Positions 17,616-27,080 of a DNA stretch of 59,172 nt are shown piece by piece (the stretch's first letter is position 1; each line of letters opens with the position of its first letter). This stretch comes from a bacterium (GTDB lineage: Bacteria > Patescibacteriota > Patescibacteriia > JACQRZ01): assembly GCA_023246095.1 (NCBI GenBank), contig JAHFJA010000005.1, forward strand, positions 1 through 59,172. Reading direction: 5' to 3'. Under the pieces are notes generated by a model that saw nothing but the letters and a program-made list of their open reading frames with translations, was not told the DNA's origin and made no database searches. The position numbers and the translations under genes were made by a program.

Positions 17616-19547
17616 TCAGAACGTCACGGAGAAAAAGCGATCGACTCGAAGGTCAGATTGAAACTGTATACTATTGGCGTCAATCTTAGTGTTAAAAAAC
17701 CCTGATGGTTCGTATGAGACAACAGGACGGGGGAACCTCAATGTTCCCTTGAACCTCTGACTCGACACGCCTGATTGTTTTTGTGCGGTAAGTTCATAGC
17801 GTCCTGCACGGATTTGCTCAGCAATACGAGATGGCAATTTATACTCTATACTAAAGTGTTTCGTTGATTTGGGGTCAACGACAATGTACGCACCAAAGTA
17901 CGTTTTGTCAAGTTCAGTACCCGCCTCCACTTGTCCCACTTTGTCAGTAAAATCATTTTCCAATGCACCCTCAGAATGTACCAACGTACTCCCAGCAGGA
18001 ACATATATTCTTACCCAGTCCTTATACCGAGTCGTAAACCAAGTAAATGAACCGTTGTTAGTATAATAGAGATCTACTTTTCCATAGAGATCTCCATCAG
18101 CACCTTGACGTATTGAATAATCAATGGACTTATCCATAACCAAATCAGTCTTAAGTGCCCCCATGTTACTGTCCACCACCATAACAAAATCACTGTTCGT
18201 TTTACGAAATTCACCCGTCCAATTTTGATTACGTGCATACGATTGCAGAGCCGGATCGTCAAAATACATCAACAATTGACGCTCTTGTACTAACCTCTGA
18301 ACAGTCGAAAAAACATCGGAAAATCGTGAAGGAGGAAGTTTATAGAGTCGCTCAAGGATCTTATCGGACAGTTCCCCAATAATTTCTTTGCGAGCAGATT
18401 CAGCAATCCCCTTTTGATAGTAGCCTTTTTCAACTTGATACTGTAATTCCTCTTCAAAGTTATCGGCTGTAAATACGATTCCTTCTACATCAATGGGGCC
18501 CGTAAAACGCAATAACGGAACAATAAATTCCTGAGTAATGGCAATAACTCCATCTATATGTTCCTGACCTCCTTCTTGATGATAAAACCAAATTGCTTTT
18601 TTGGCGCTTTCACTAAAATCAGGCGACCAGTTTGAGTCACGTAAAAACCACCATCGATTAGTAGTGAAAAATTGGTAAAATGGTGCAGGTGGATCTACGT
18701 GAAGATAACGGGATGCTGGATCATCTAGATTATATATATTGTCAGTATGGAATTCATTTATCTCACCATTATGCAATTTCAAGATGCCGTAATTTCCAAT
18801 AAATCCCCCTGTTGCACGTACCTCAGCATTATTTTGCAACAAAAATAAATATGTTTTTTGACCAGGATAGCCAAGAATCGAGGGACCTTTTTGCAGAAAA
18901 GGAGTAAACGCGCTGAGAAAATCCGAGAATTTCCCAGTTGGCTCTTTTATTTTAATAACTGCGTCTGCTAATACCGGACTGAGAGCGGTTGTGTCAAAAG
19001 AGTCGAGAGCCTTAGTCTGAGTAAGAAGATCCTTTTCGATATCGGTGATTGTAGTATTATTTTTTTGTAAAATTTCAAACATGAGACCTTTTTGAGCTTC
19101 AGAAACATCCTTAAACGACTCCATTTTATTAGTACCCAATACCTGGGAAACCGACTGGACGATGGCCATCCCTTTCTGTGCATCGTTGACAAGTACCCCA
19201 GAAATATCCAATAATTGATTTGCCGCGTTAAATTGTGTGCCAACGTATGGTACATGTGAAAAAACAGTAAGATGACCTAACGCCCACTGAAGATTAAAAA
19301 CACCTTTTTGAGTATATTCCAACTCCTTTGCAAGATTATTCACATCAGCATCACGAGCATATATTTGAACACGATCAACAGAAGCCTTCAATGCTCGTGC
19401 GGCCTGGTATGCCCGATAGCCATACAACCCCAAATATCCTATATAAAACAAACAGACAGCCAAAACCACAGACGCAATCATAACAATAATCCGTTTTGGC
19501 GACCATCTGATACGGCGGGGTTTTTTATGTAAATGAAGTAGGTTCAT
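17616..19547 (-). CDS. DUF4012 domain-containing membrane-anchored protein
   Basis: YLFLLQNNAEVRATGGFIG, RDSNWSPDF, IDGVIAI and GALKTD motifs; one N-terminal TM. Confidence 0.85.
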   Translation of the reverse strand: MNLLHLHKKPRRIRWSPKRIIVMIASVVLAVCLFYIGYLGLYGYRAYQAARALKASVDRVQIYARDADVNNLAKELEYTQKGVFNLQWALGHLTVFSHVPYVGTQFNAANQLLDISGVLVNDAQKGMAIVQSVSQVLGTNKMESFKDVSEAQKGLMFEILQKNNTTITDIEKDLLTQTKALDSFDTTALSPVLADAVIKIKEPTGKFSDFLSAFTPFLQKGPSILGYPGQKTYLFLLQNNAEVRATGGFIGNYGILKLHNGEINEFHTDNIYNLDDPASRYLHVDPPAPFYQFFTTNRWWFLRDSNWSPDFSESAKKAIWFYHQEGGQEHIDGVIAITQEFIVPLLRFTGPIDVEGIVFTADNFEEELQYQVEKGYYQKGIAESARKEIIGELSDKILERLYKLPPSRFSDVFSTVQRLVQERQLLMYFDDPALQSYARNQNWTGEFRKTNSDFVMVVDSNMGALKTDLVMDKSIDYSIRQGADGDLYGKVDLYYTNNGSFTWFTTRYKDWVRIYVPAGSTLVHSEGALENDFTDKVGQVEAGTELDKTYFGAYIVVDPKSTKHFSIEYKLPSRIAEQIRAGRYELTAQKQSGVSSQRFKGTLRFPRPVVSYEPSGFFNTKIDANSIQFQSDLRVDRFFSVTF

Positions 19548-20334
19548 AATGAGAAACGCCGTGTTTAACAAAATATTTTACACAGCTCGCGATATGGACT
19601 CGAGTAATATTTTTAAATATATCAGCAGCACCCAAGCCCGCGGACTCACGACGATGCAGATGCACCATCTTCGCATCGGGAACATAATGAACCGCTTTGC
19701 CCGCCTTCCAAAATGACCGGCACAAATCAACGTCCTCGAAATAAAGAAAAAAAGATTCATCCATCATGCCAACCGCTTCATAATCGACTTTCCTCATACA
19801 CAGAGATGCACCCAAAAGCCAGTCAACGGGCATTGGTCCTTTCCCTTGTATATCACGCATAAGATAGTGTTGAAGGTGACGTTTTCCCATCCATGTGCGC
19901 GAAAATATCGTGCGACGGTATAGTGGCGTAAGTGGTCTTAAAAAACGATAATAAGATTGCTGTACGCTTCCATCCGGGTTGTGTAATTGTGGACCCACAA
20001 GACCCACCTCGGGATGATCCTCCAGGTATTGTACCATTGTTTGCAGTGAACCTGCACGCGGAGTCACATCAGGATTACAAATAAGAATATATTTACCAGT
20101 CGCGTTGCGTGCGCCTACGTTATTCGCTTTTGATAAGCCCTTGTTTCCCCCCATTGATATATATTGGACATGAGGGAAACGTTCTGCAAGTACCGTCTCC
20201 ATTCCACGACCAGGGGAACTATCGACGACAATGATTTCTTTAGAAAGATGTGTATCAAGATGGGTAAATTCTTTGACACATTCACGAGTAAGGCCTTCAG
20301 ATCGAAAATTTACGATTATGATTGATATATCCAT
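19525..20334 (-). CDS. Glycosyltransferase family 2 (WbbL/rhamnosyltransferase-like)
   Basis: DISIIIVNF, ILICNPD, YFEDVDLC. Confidence 0.92.
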   Translation of the reverse strand: MDISIIIVNFRSEGLTRECVKEFTHLDTHLSKEIIVVDSSPGRGMETVLAERFPHVQYISMGGNKGLSKANNVGARNATGKYILICNPDVTPRAGSLQTMVQYLEDHPEVGLVGPQLHNPDGSVQQSYYRFLRPLTPLYRRTIFSRTWMGKRHLQHYLMRDIQGKGPMPVDWLLGASLCMRKVDYEAVGMMDESFFLYFEDVDLCRSFWKAGKAVHYVPDAKMVHLHRRESAGLGAADIFKNITRVHIASCVKYFVKHGVSHYEPTSFT

Positions 20335-20337
20335 ATA

Positions 20338-21309
20338 TTATTGTAACAGAGAGCACATCTTCGCATCCGTGATGCGCCGAGTTGTCATAATTGCTTCTCG
20401 TTTACACAGCATGCGGGAACGTATGTTCCAAGCGTGTTTGACACCCTTTATAGTCGACCATTCTGCTAAAAAAATATAGCCCGCCTTCGCAATTTCATAC
20501 CCCATCATTTTCGGAAAACAGGATGACAACATACCATTACTAACATTTTTTGTAAGTAAAAAAAGATGATTACGATAAGACCAGTAATTTACTTGTGGAC
20601 TTTTGCGTACTAATTTTTCACCCTTGGTCCGAAAATGATACGCACGTGCTGTAGGTATGGCGTAGGACGACCATCCCCGCCAACGCAAACGATAGGCAAG
20701 ATCGACGTCCTCCTTATACATAAAAAAATCTTCATCAAAGTATTCAATTTTGCCCCCTTCATGAAATGCTACATCCTCAAGTGCGCTACGCCGATATAAG
20801 GCACAGGCACCGGAAGGACCAAAAATTTCAAATGGTGTATGTTCAAAAGGAACAACAGTGATATCTTTTACATTGTGGCTTTTCTTTATACGAATACCAC
20901 ATGTGTCAATTGCCTCTGTTTTTTCGAGCTCTCCTTGTTCATCCCATCGAGCACGCTGTAAGACACCCGTCACCGATCCTACTTCCGGATGAGCATCCAT
21001 AAACGACACACACTCCTTAACATAATCAGGTTCAATAACCATGTCCTGATTAAATACAAGGACATATTCAGACGATGTATTTCGAATCACTTCATTATGG
21101 CCTCCGCCAAATCCCTTATTGGCCCCTGACTCAATTAATTGCACTTGAGGAGTTAATTCTTTAACAAATTCGCGAGAGCTGTCTGTAGACGCATTATCAA
21201 GGACAACAAGTTCCCCGTCATAATTGTGTAATGCAACAAGCGACGGTAAAGCAAACGGCAAGTAGCCAGTCGCATTATAGGTGACCATGCTTATGATAAC
21301 TTTTGACAT
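20338..21309 (-). CDS. Glycosyltransferase family 2
   Basis: DNASTD, NKGFGGGHN, FNQD, FFMYKEDVDLAYR. Confidence 0.92.
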   Translation of the reverse strand: MSKVIISMVTYNATGYLPFALPSLVALHNYDGELVVLDNASTDSSREFVKELTPQVQLIESGANKGFGGGHNEVIRNTSSEYVLVFNQDMVIEPDYVKECVSFMDAHPEVGSVTGVLQRARWDEQGELEKTEAIDTCGIRIKKSHNVKDITVVPFEHTPFEIFGPSGACALYRRSALEDVAFHEGGKIEYFDEDFFMYKEDVDLAYRLRWRGWSSYAIPTARAYHFRTKGEKLVRKSPQVNYWSYRNHLFLLTKNVSNGMLSSCFPKMMGYEIAKAGYIFLAEWSTIKGVKHAWNIRSRMLCKREAIMTTRRITDAKMCSLLQ

Positions 21310-21316
21310 AATGATA

Positions 21317-22801
21317 TTATTTTCGAGTCTTTTCTGTCACCCAAAACCCTAAATATCGTCCTAGCATAAGACGTATCTGGGCGTCAATAGCAGGGATAGA
21401 GCTTAACACAATAAGCGTAATTGGCAATAGTATCCACTGCATTAACATATAAATCATTTTATATGCCCGTTGAGTGGAAGGACGGGGTGGCAATGCAATG
21501 AGCGCCAATATCGCCGTTACTATGATGCCGACCAATGTAAAGTTCAATAACGTTTCTAAAATGTAAGGCGCATTTTGAGCTAATACCGTACGAGATACAT
21601 CCCCTTGTGCAAAATACAGCGGCAGACGACCAAGAAGAAATATAAGAATCGGTGCGGTCGCCCACGTATACATACCCTCTGCCTGGATCCATGAATATTT
21701 AAGTTTTTTCCAACGAGGAATCAGTGGGTCCTTAGCAAATGATGTCAACATAAAGGGAAAATGCTCCACACCCCATGCCCAACGACGCTGTTGTTTATAT
21801 AAATTGACGAGACTTATCCATTGAGTTCGTGCCTGCACAGTATCCATATTTACCGGCACATAGATCGGTGTAACTGAGTAATCGCCATGATAGTGGAGAA
21901 AACACTGCAAAAATATTCTTGAATCTTCACTGACGATGTCGTTCTGCCAGAATCCTACATCCACCAAAGCCCGAAAACTCATACTATGAGAAGAAAATGT
22001 AAACAATCGATCTGGCCGTGAAAGCTCTGACAATAACCAAAACGTAGTTCCAAACGCGGCAAGACGCATCGGTGCAGATGATTCCCATATGTTGTTATTG
22101 TACAAAACGACAGGCTGGTAGCTGGCATGAGTAGGATTCGGATGGCTAAGATATTCTTGTGTCAAAGCCGCAAAATAGTCTGGGTGAGGATTCGTATCAA
22201 TATCAAACGTCGATACAATGATGCGCTCATACGGTATCTGAAGAGCGTCAATCACTTTCTGAACTTGTTTTCCTGCATAATTAATGTTTGCACCCTTAGA
22301 CTTCATTTCACCCGGTACATTATCTGGATGCAAGGTTGTAATGAATTTAAAAAACGTCTTCCCATATTTTTTTTTCATAGCAGCCGCTATGGGTTCAAAA
22401 CTTTCTTTTGCTCGCTCCTCTCCCGCCAATACAACAATAAACCGATCCATCGGGTAATGACTTTTGACAATAGACTGAAGTGTCTGTTCAACAATCTCCT
22501 CCCCTTCTTTATACATTGGTAAAAAGAGAAGATGATACATCTGCTTCCAATTTTTGTGTTGATGAGTGAGGCGATCAAACCAATCAACACGCAAAGCGGC
22601 CATGAATTTTCGCCATCCGTATAACAAAAAAATTATGAAATATACTACACGATACAACCACAAAAGATCAAACAAGATAATAAAATATATCACCCATAAA
22701 GGCTTGAAGTATGACAAAACAAGTGCAAGCACAAACGTGATACACAAAAGAAAGCCCGGAATTATCTCAAGAAGACGGTATACGCGCGTACGTTTTTTCA
22801 T
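21317..22801 (-). CDS. Multi-TM processive-type GT2 glycosyltransferase
   Basis: LPMYKE, SKGANIN, FDID, SEDSRI, QQRRW (QxxRW) motifs. ATG at 22801 overlaps the archease stop (ATGA). Confidence 0.88.
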   Translation of the reverse strand: MKKRTRVYRLLEIIPGFLLCITFVLALVLSYFKPLWVIYFIILFDLLWLYRVVYFIIFLLYGWRKFMAALRVDWFDRLTHQHKNWKQMYHLLFLPMYKEGEEIVEQTLQSIVKSHYPMDRFIVVLAGEERAKESFEPIAAAMKKKYGKTFFKFITTLHPDNVPGEMKSKGANINYAGKQVQKVIDALQIPYERIIVSTFDIDTNPHPDYFAALTQEYLSHPNPTHASYQPVVLYNNNIWESSAPMRLAAFGTTFWLLSELSRPDRLFTFSSHSMSFRALVDVGFWQNDIVSEDSRIFLQCFLHYHGDYSVTPIYVPVNMDTVQARTQWISLVNLYKQQRRWAWGVEHFPFMLTSFAKDPLIPRWKKLKYSWIQAEGMYTWATAPILIFLLGRLPLYFAQGDVSRTVLAQNAPYILETLLNFTLVGIIVTAILALIALPPRPSTQRAYKMIYMLMQWILLPITLIVLSSIPAIDAQIRLMLGRYLGFWVTEKTRK

Positions 22802-23235
22802 GCTGTTGTGTTCACGATTACTTCGCACTGCCACAGACCACTCTTTTCTTTACAGAGAGCACTTCCCTTACGAACATCGCGAAATTCAATCCCTGTGGCG
22901 TTTTTTTTAGCATCCTTTAGTGAAGTAGTCCATACTGTTGCCGTCAAAAGCATATCTGTATTGTTTATCTGTTGAATCGAATGAACTTCTACTTCGACGA
23001 CAGCGACCTCGCGCAAAGTTGCAAAAGCAAACAATTCCTTAATCCAATCTTGGAATAAAGCGTTAGCACCTGATGCGTGAACGGTAATTGGGGCCGTATC
23101 AACCCCCGATATGTGTTCAATATCATAAGGAATACTCAAAACACCACGTGCTCCATCATTAAACACTTCTTTAATATCACGCCCGAAGGCTATCACGGTA
23201 GATATATTCTTATCGTTTTTAACCGTGTACGGCAT
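22798..23235 (-). CDS. Divergent archease-like protein
   Basis: Overall pattern AFGRDIKEVF...LFQDWIKELF...WQCEVIVN matches the archease fold; the conserved HTAD and KAVTYH motifs are absent. Confidence 0.6.
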   Translation of the reverse strand: MPYTVKNDKNISTVIAFGRDIKEVFNDGARGVLSIPYDIEHISGVDTAPITVHASGANALFQDWIKELFAFATLREVAVVEVEVHSIQQINNTDMLLTATVWTTSLKDAKKNATGIEFRDVRKGSALCKEKSGLWQCEVIVNTTA

Positions 23236-23238
23236 ACA

Positions 23239-23703
23239 TTAGACTTTAATGGTTTTTTTGTTTACCTTCTTAGTGTTCGTAGTCTTTTTAATTGTCTTAG
23301 TTGCCGGAGTAGCAGGTTTTTTTTCAACAATTTCTTCCAACTCTAAATCCTGTCTGAAATCATCCCATCTATCTTTCAACGCAAGCGCGACATCATCTAA
23401 ATACTCCTTTCCAACTTTTGAACTCTTTGAAAAATTCTTCACTGCTGATACCACCATTTCTTCATAACCACTGCGAGACATTTTCTTTAGATTCTTTGTT
23501 CGTTTGAGCATCTCATCAGAAAGCGAATCAACCAACTTTTTGACAGACGCCTGTGTTTTCTTCCCCGTCTGTGGTGCCAAAAACAATGTAGCCACAGAGG
23601 CAATTAGTGCTCCAAATGCCGCACCTTTCAAAAATGGTTTGCTCATAGCAATTATATTATGATTTATGATGACATCATAACACTCAAAACGTCCCCACCG
23701 CAA
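23239..23703 (-). CDS. YtxH domain-containing protein
   Basis: FLKGAAFGALIASVATLFLAPQTGKKT motif; the true start may be the internal MSKPF. Confidence 0.85.
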   Translation of the reverse strand: MRWGRFECYDVIINHNIIAMSKPFLKGAAFGALIASVATLFLAPQTGKKTQASVKKLVDSLSDEMLKRTKNLKKMSRSGYEEMVVSAVKNFSKSSKVGKEYLDDVALALKDRWDDFRQDLELEEIVEKKPATPATKTIKKTTNTKKVNKKTIKV

Positions 23704-25885
23704 TAAACGTCAAGGTATTACCATAGTCACTTGCCGCAGGAGTCGTGGTAGCAACCGAGGCTTTGAGGAGAAGAGCAGCTCTTCCGGCACTGACGGGTGC
23801 TCCACTGGTCGTGAAGAGAGGTGATGCGGATGTTTGTATCTTACCGACCGTAGGAGTACCGGTGTTAGTGGAGGTACAGTTTGAGGTACCATCTGCATCG
23901 TAGTTGGCATTAGCAAGAAGAGTACCAGTGGTGGCGGTAAGGGATGACAAACAGGCGCCTATGCGCTGCTGACCCGCCGTGATGGTAGCTTCGTCAGTAG
24001 GAAGAGTAATCGTGGTACTAGTAGCAACCGAGGAAAGACCGGTGTTTGCTCCTTGCATGCTGACGGTCGCTCCGGCGATGGCGTTAGTGGTGACATCAAA
24101 GAAGATGGCATTGATGGTACCGGCGTTGTCGGTACGGGAGGTTGAAAGAATTGAAGGAGACAGCGTTCCTAACGTGACACTGTGGGGAGCACCGGTTTCA
24201 CTATCGGTGATAGCGGTGTCGATATCAAAGGTGATGGAAGGACTGACGGTGGCATTGATGGTTGCTTGGTCATCTTGGGTGATCCCCAGAGCAATGTCTC
24301 CGTTTTCATTGAAGGTGCCTCCGATACTCATGATGTAGGTACTCACACTAGAAGGATTGGTGATCTGCTGATCACCCGTGGTACCAACACTTGCGTTGGT
24401 ACCTACTTTGATGACCACCCGAGAAGATGGAGAGATAGTACCACTTCCTGAGGTGATGGTAAGGACTTGTCCTGAAACAGAAGCACCCCAGGTGGCACCA
24501 GAGGCACTCGCACCAAGAGTAAGGTCATTCTCTGAGCCTAGTGTAGGACCATAAGAAAGATCAATGTCTGTGTAATCAAGAGGGTTAGGAGCACCAGGGA
24601 TAGAGAAACCTGCAGGGAAGGTAACGGTCATTGTTTCGCCTGCGGCGACACCACCTCCGGTGGTGAACTCTATGGTGTGGTTAGAGAGAGTACTGATTTG
24701 AGCACGGGAGAGAGTGTCTTTGCGGAGAGTGGAGGGGGTGGAGGGAGGAGGAGGGGTGCTTGAACATGAAACATCACTGCATTCAGTATATTTAAGGTCA
24801 GTGTTGGTTACATCGTAATAAGCGACTTTTGGTATATTACTGCTATCCAATGCAAGGGAAGTGTATTTACCGACATTACCAGTGGAGTCAAGAGTTGAGG
24901 TGACCCACGATCCGGATTGATTGGTGGCATATTTCAGATCACCATTGGTTACGTCGTAGTAGCTGATGTATGCTTTACCAGAAGAATCGGTTTTCAGTGA
25001 GGTGTATTGTCCTACGTTGCCGGTTGAGTCAATTGCGGACATATTTCCGGCAAGCCACACACTTCCCACTGACTGTTGGGCATATTTCAAATTACCATTT
25101 GTTACGTCATAGTAGCTGATCACCGAATAGCCTCCTGACCCGACAGCAACAGAAGTGTGTTGTCCTACGTCGCCCGTCGAGTCAACCGTAGTGACCGACC
25201 AAATACCCGAAGAAGTATTGTCCGCATATTTCAAATTACCATTAGTGGCATCATAATAACTAATACGCACCCTATCCCGCGAATCTATTGCTATAGAAGA
25301 ATACTGTCCGACATCCCCACTCGAGTCAAGAGTAATTGCCACCCATGATCCTGAAGCGTTTGTTGCGTATTTCAGATCTTGACTCCCGGCATCATAATAA
25401 CTTACATGTACTTTTCCTGCAGAATCGAGAGCTATTGAAGTTGCGTGATCAAAGTATCCAGAGTCTGCTGTACTTACTACCCAAGATCCGGAAGCATTTG
25501 TTGCATATCGAAGTTCCAAAGGAGACTGATCTGTGTAAGTTATATGAGCTTTGCCACTTGCATCAATCGCAATAGAACTGCCACCGATGATCCAATCATC
25601 GGTACCAACATTAGTGGTAACCCAGGATCCGGAAGCATTTGTAGTATATACAGGGCGAAGGGGTAAAGAAAAATCACCTTCACTGACTATGTGCGCCTTA
25701 TTTGATGAATCCAAGGCAAGAGATATATTATTTTCGAACGATGTGGTGTAAATAGTAGAAACAGTCAGTGCAGCAAACGCAGGAGTGAGGATGTTATTCC
25801 CAAAAATAATCACCAACAAAAGAAACCAAACAAGGAACGATGGTCGCTGTTTTTTTGACTGCATCATAATAAATTGATTGTTCAT
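23684..25885 (-). CDS. Secreted surface protein: seven-repeat beta-propeller, Pro linker, Ser/Thr/Gly-rich beta domains
   Basis: Signal peptide ending PAFA; seven repeats of SIALDSxG..HISYYD.TN.DLKYA.N.SGSW; PPPPSTP linker; WxL-like C-terminus. Confidence 0.75.
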   Translation of the reverse strand: MNNQFIMMQSKKQRPSFLVWFLLLVIIFGNNILTPAFAALTVSTIYTTSFENNISLALDSSNKAHIVSEGDFSLPLRPVYTTNASGSWVTTNVGTDDWIIGGSSIAIDASGKAHITYTDQSPLELRYATNASGSWVVSTADSGYFDHATSIALDSAGKVHVSYYDAGSQDLKYATNASGSWVAITLDSSGDVGQYSSIAIDSRDRVRISYYDATNGNLKYADNTSSGIWSVTTVDSTGDVGQHTSVAVGSGGYSVISYYDVTNGNLKYAQQSVGSVWLAGNMSAIDSTGNVGQYTSLKTDSSGKAYISYYDVTNGDLKYATNQSGSWVTSTLDSTGNVGKYTSLALDSSNIPKVAYYDVTNTDLKYTECSDVSCSSTPPPPSTPSTLRKDTLSRAQISTLSNHTIEFTTGGGVAAGETMTVTFPAGFSIPGAPNPLDYTDIDLSYGPTLGSENDLTLGASASGATWGASVSGQVLTITSGSGTISPSSRVVIKVGTNASVGTTGDQQITNPSSVSTYIMSIGGTFNENGDIALGITQDDQATINATVSPSITFDIDTAITDSETGAPHSVTLGTLSPSILSTSRTDNAGTINAIFFDVTTNAIAGATVSMQGANTGLSSVATSTTITLPTDEATITAGQQRIGACLSSLTATTGTLLANANYDADGTSNCTSTNTGTPTVGKIQTSASPLFTTSGAPVSAGRAALLLKASVATTTPAASDYGNTLTFIAVGTF
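24780..25730 (-). repeat. Seven tandem intragenic repeats of about 47-50 aa
   Basis: DNA-level recurrences such as GGATCCGGAAGCATTTGT and ATATTTCAAATTACCATT; protein repeats visible in translation. Confidence 0.85.
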
Positions 25886-25916
25886 TTGCCTTAAAAACAA
25901 ATATATAGCAATTATA

Positions 25917-26882
25917 TCATTTTTTATGCTCCTGTATGTACCCCCAATCGGCTTTCGTTCCTTTAACACCCTTTTTATTCATAATGTAAAAATAGGCACT
26001 CAACGCTGCTTTCGCGCCATCTCCTGCTGATATAACAATCTGCTGGAAATCGACATTTGTTATATCTCCTGCGGCAAATAAACCTTCAACAACCGTATGT
26101 GCGTTGTGATCTATTGGGATTCTTCCTTGACTATCGGTCTGCAGTAATGACTGGAAAAGACTTATATCTGAATCATAACCGATCTTGATACATACTACGT
26201 CAACAAACAACACGTGAAATGAGGCGTCTTTGGTATACGTTATAGATTCTATTTTGTCATGACCGCTAATTGACGAAACTTCTGCATGATATATATATTC
26301 TATATTTTGAATTTCTTTTGTTCGCTGTATTAAAATATCCTCTGCCCGAAAACTCCCACGCCGATGCACAATAAATACTTTCCCTGCGGTACGGCTATGC
26401 AAAATCGCTTCCTCTAGAGCCGCACTCCCCCCACCCACAACAACAACATTTTTATCATTTATTTGTTCCTGTGGAATATCAATACTGCTGTAATATAGCC
26501 CTTTTCCTAACCATTCATTTTCATTAGGCAAACCTAATAATCGAGGTCTTTTACCACATGCTGCAATCAAAGTTTCCGCTTGAAATATCTGCTCGTTTGC
26601 TGATATGACGAACTGATCACCTATTTTTTGTATCGAATCAATGTTACCATATGCAAAATTACAACCAAATCTTGTAGCTTGTTCTTTCATGTTAGTCATT
26701 AATGTGGGTCCTTCAATCTGTACAACCCCGGGATAATTTTCAATTTCAAGTGTCGAGGCGGTTTGTCCACCGACTTCTTTGGTAATAATAAGCGTTTTTA
26801 GACCGCGCCTCCCCGCAAATATGCCCGCTGAGAGTCCCGCTGCTCCGCCACCTAAAATAACGACATCGAATAGTTCATTCAT
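25917..26882 (-). CDS. TrxB-fold FAD/NAD(P)H oxidoreductase lacking the CxxC motif
   Basis: GGGAAG, IENYPG, VVGGGSAA, HRR and GLFAAGD motifs present. GLYYSSID replaces the canonical GVSYCATCD. Start re-placed to ATG 26882. Confidence 0.85.
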   Translation of the reverse strand: MNELFDVVILGGGAAGLSAGIFAGRRGLKTLIITKEVGGQTASTLEIENYPGVVQIEGPTLMTNMKEQATRFGCNFAYGNIDSIQKIGDQFVISANEQIFQAETLIAACGKRPRLLGLPNENEWLGKGLYYSSIDIPQEQINDKNVVVVGGGSAALEEAILHSRTAGKVFIVHRRGSFRAEDILIQRTKEIQNIEYIYHAEVSSISGHDKIESITYTKDASFHVLFVDVVCIKIGYDSDISLFQSLLQTDSQGRIPIDHNAHTVVEGLFAAGDITNVDFQQIVISAGDGAKAALSAYFYIMNKKGVKGTKADWGYIQEHKK

Positions 26883-26887
26883 AACGT

Positions 26888-26911
26888 AAAACCCCGCCAA
26901 GGGGGCGGGGT
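26888..26911 (-). terminator. GC-rich hairpin with short U-tract between the small Cys-rich ORF and the TrxB-like gene
   Basis: Minus strand ACCCCGCC-CCCTT-GGCGGGGT-TTT. Confidence 0.6.
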
Positions 26912-26918
26912 AATTCAT

Positions 26919-27059
26919 TTAATTATATTCTTCATCACCGAACATTTCCTGATCTTCTTTTTCCCCCTCCTCCATTTTTACAAATGGTTGACCACACAAT
27001 TCACACACCCCAGGCGCGAGATAATCATCGCAGCACTGTTCGCACATGTATCTTGGCAT
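26919..27059 (-). CDS. 46-aa CxxC-x9-CxxC zinc-ribbon/rubredoxin-like protein (not in ORF track)
   Basis: Manual translation MPRYMCEQCCDDYLAPGVCELCGQPFVKMEEGEKEDQEMFGDEEYN*; fills the gap between pepA and the TrxB-like gene. Confidence 0.8.
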   Translation of the reverse strand: MPRYMCEQCCDDYLAPGVCELCGQPFVKMEEGEKEDQEMFGDEEYN

Positions 27060-27080
27060 ACTCTCGATAACTCTTAATAA

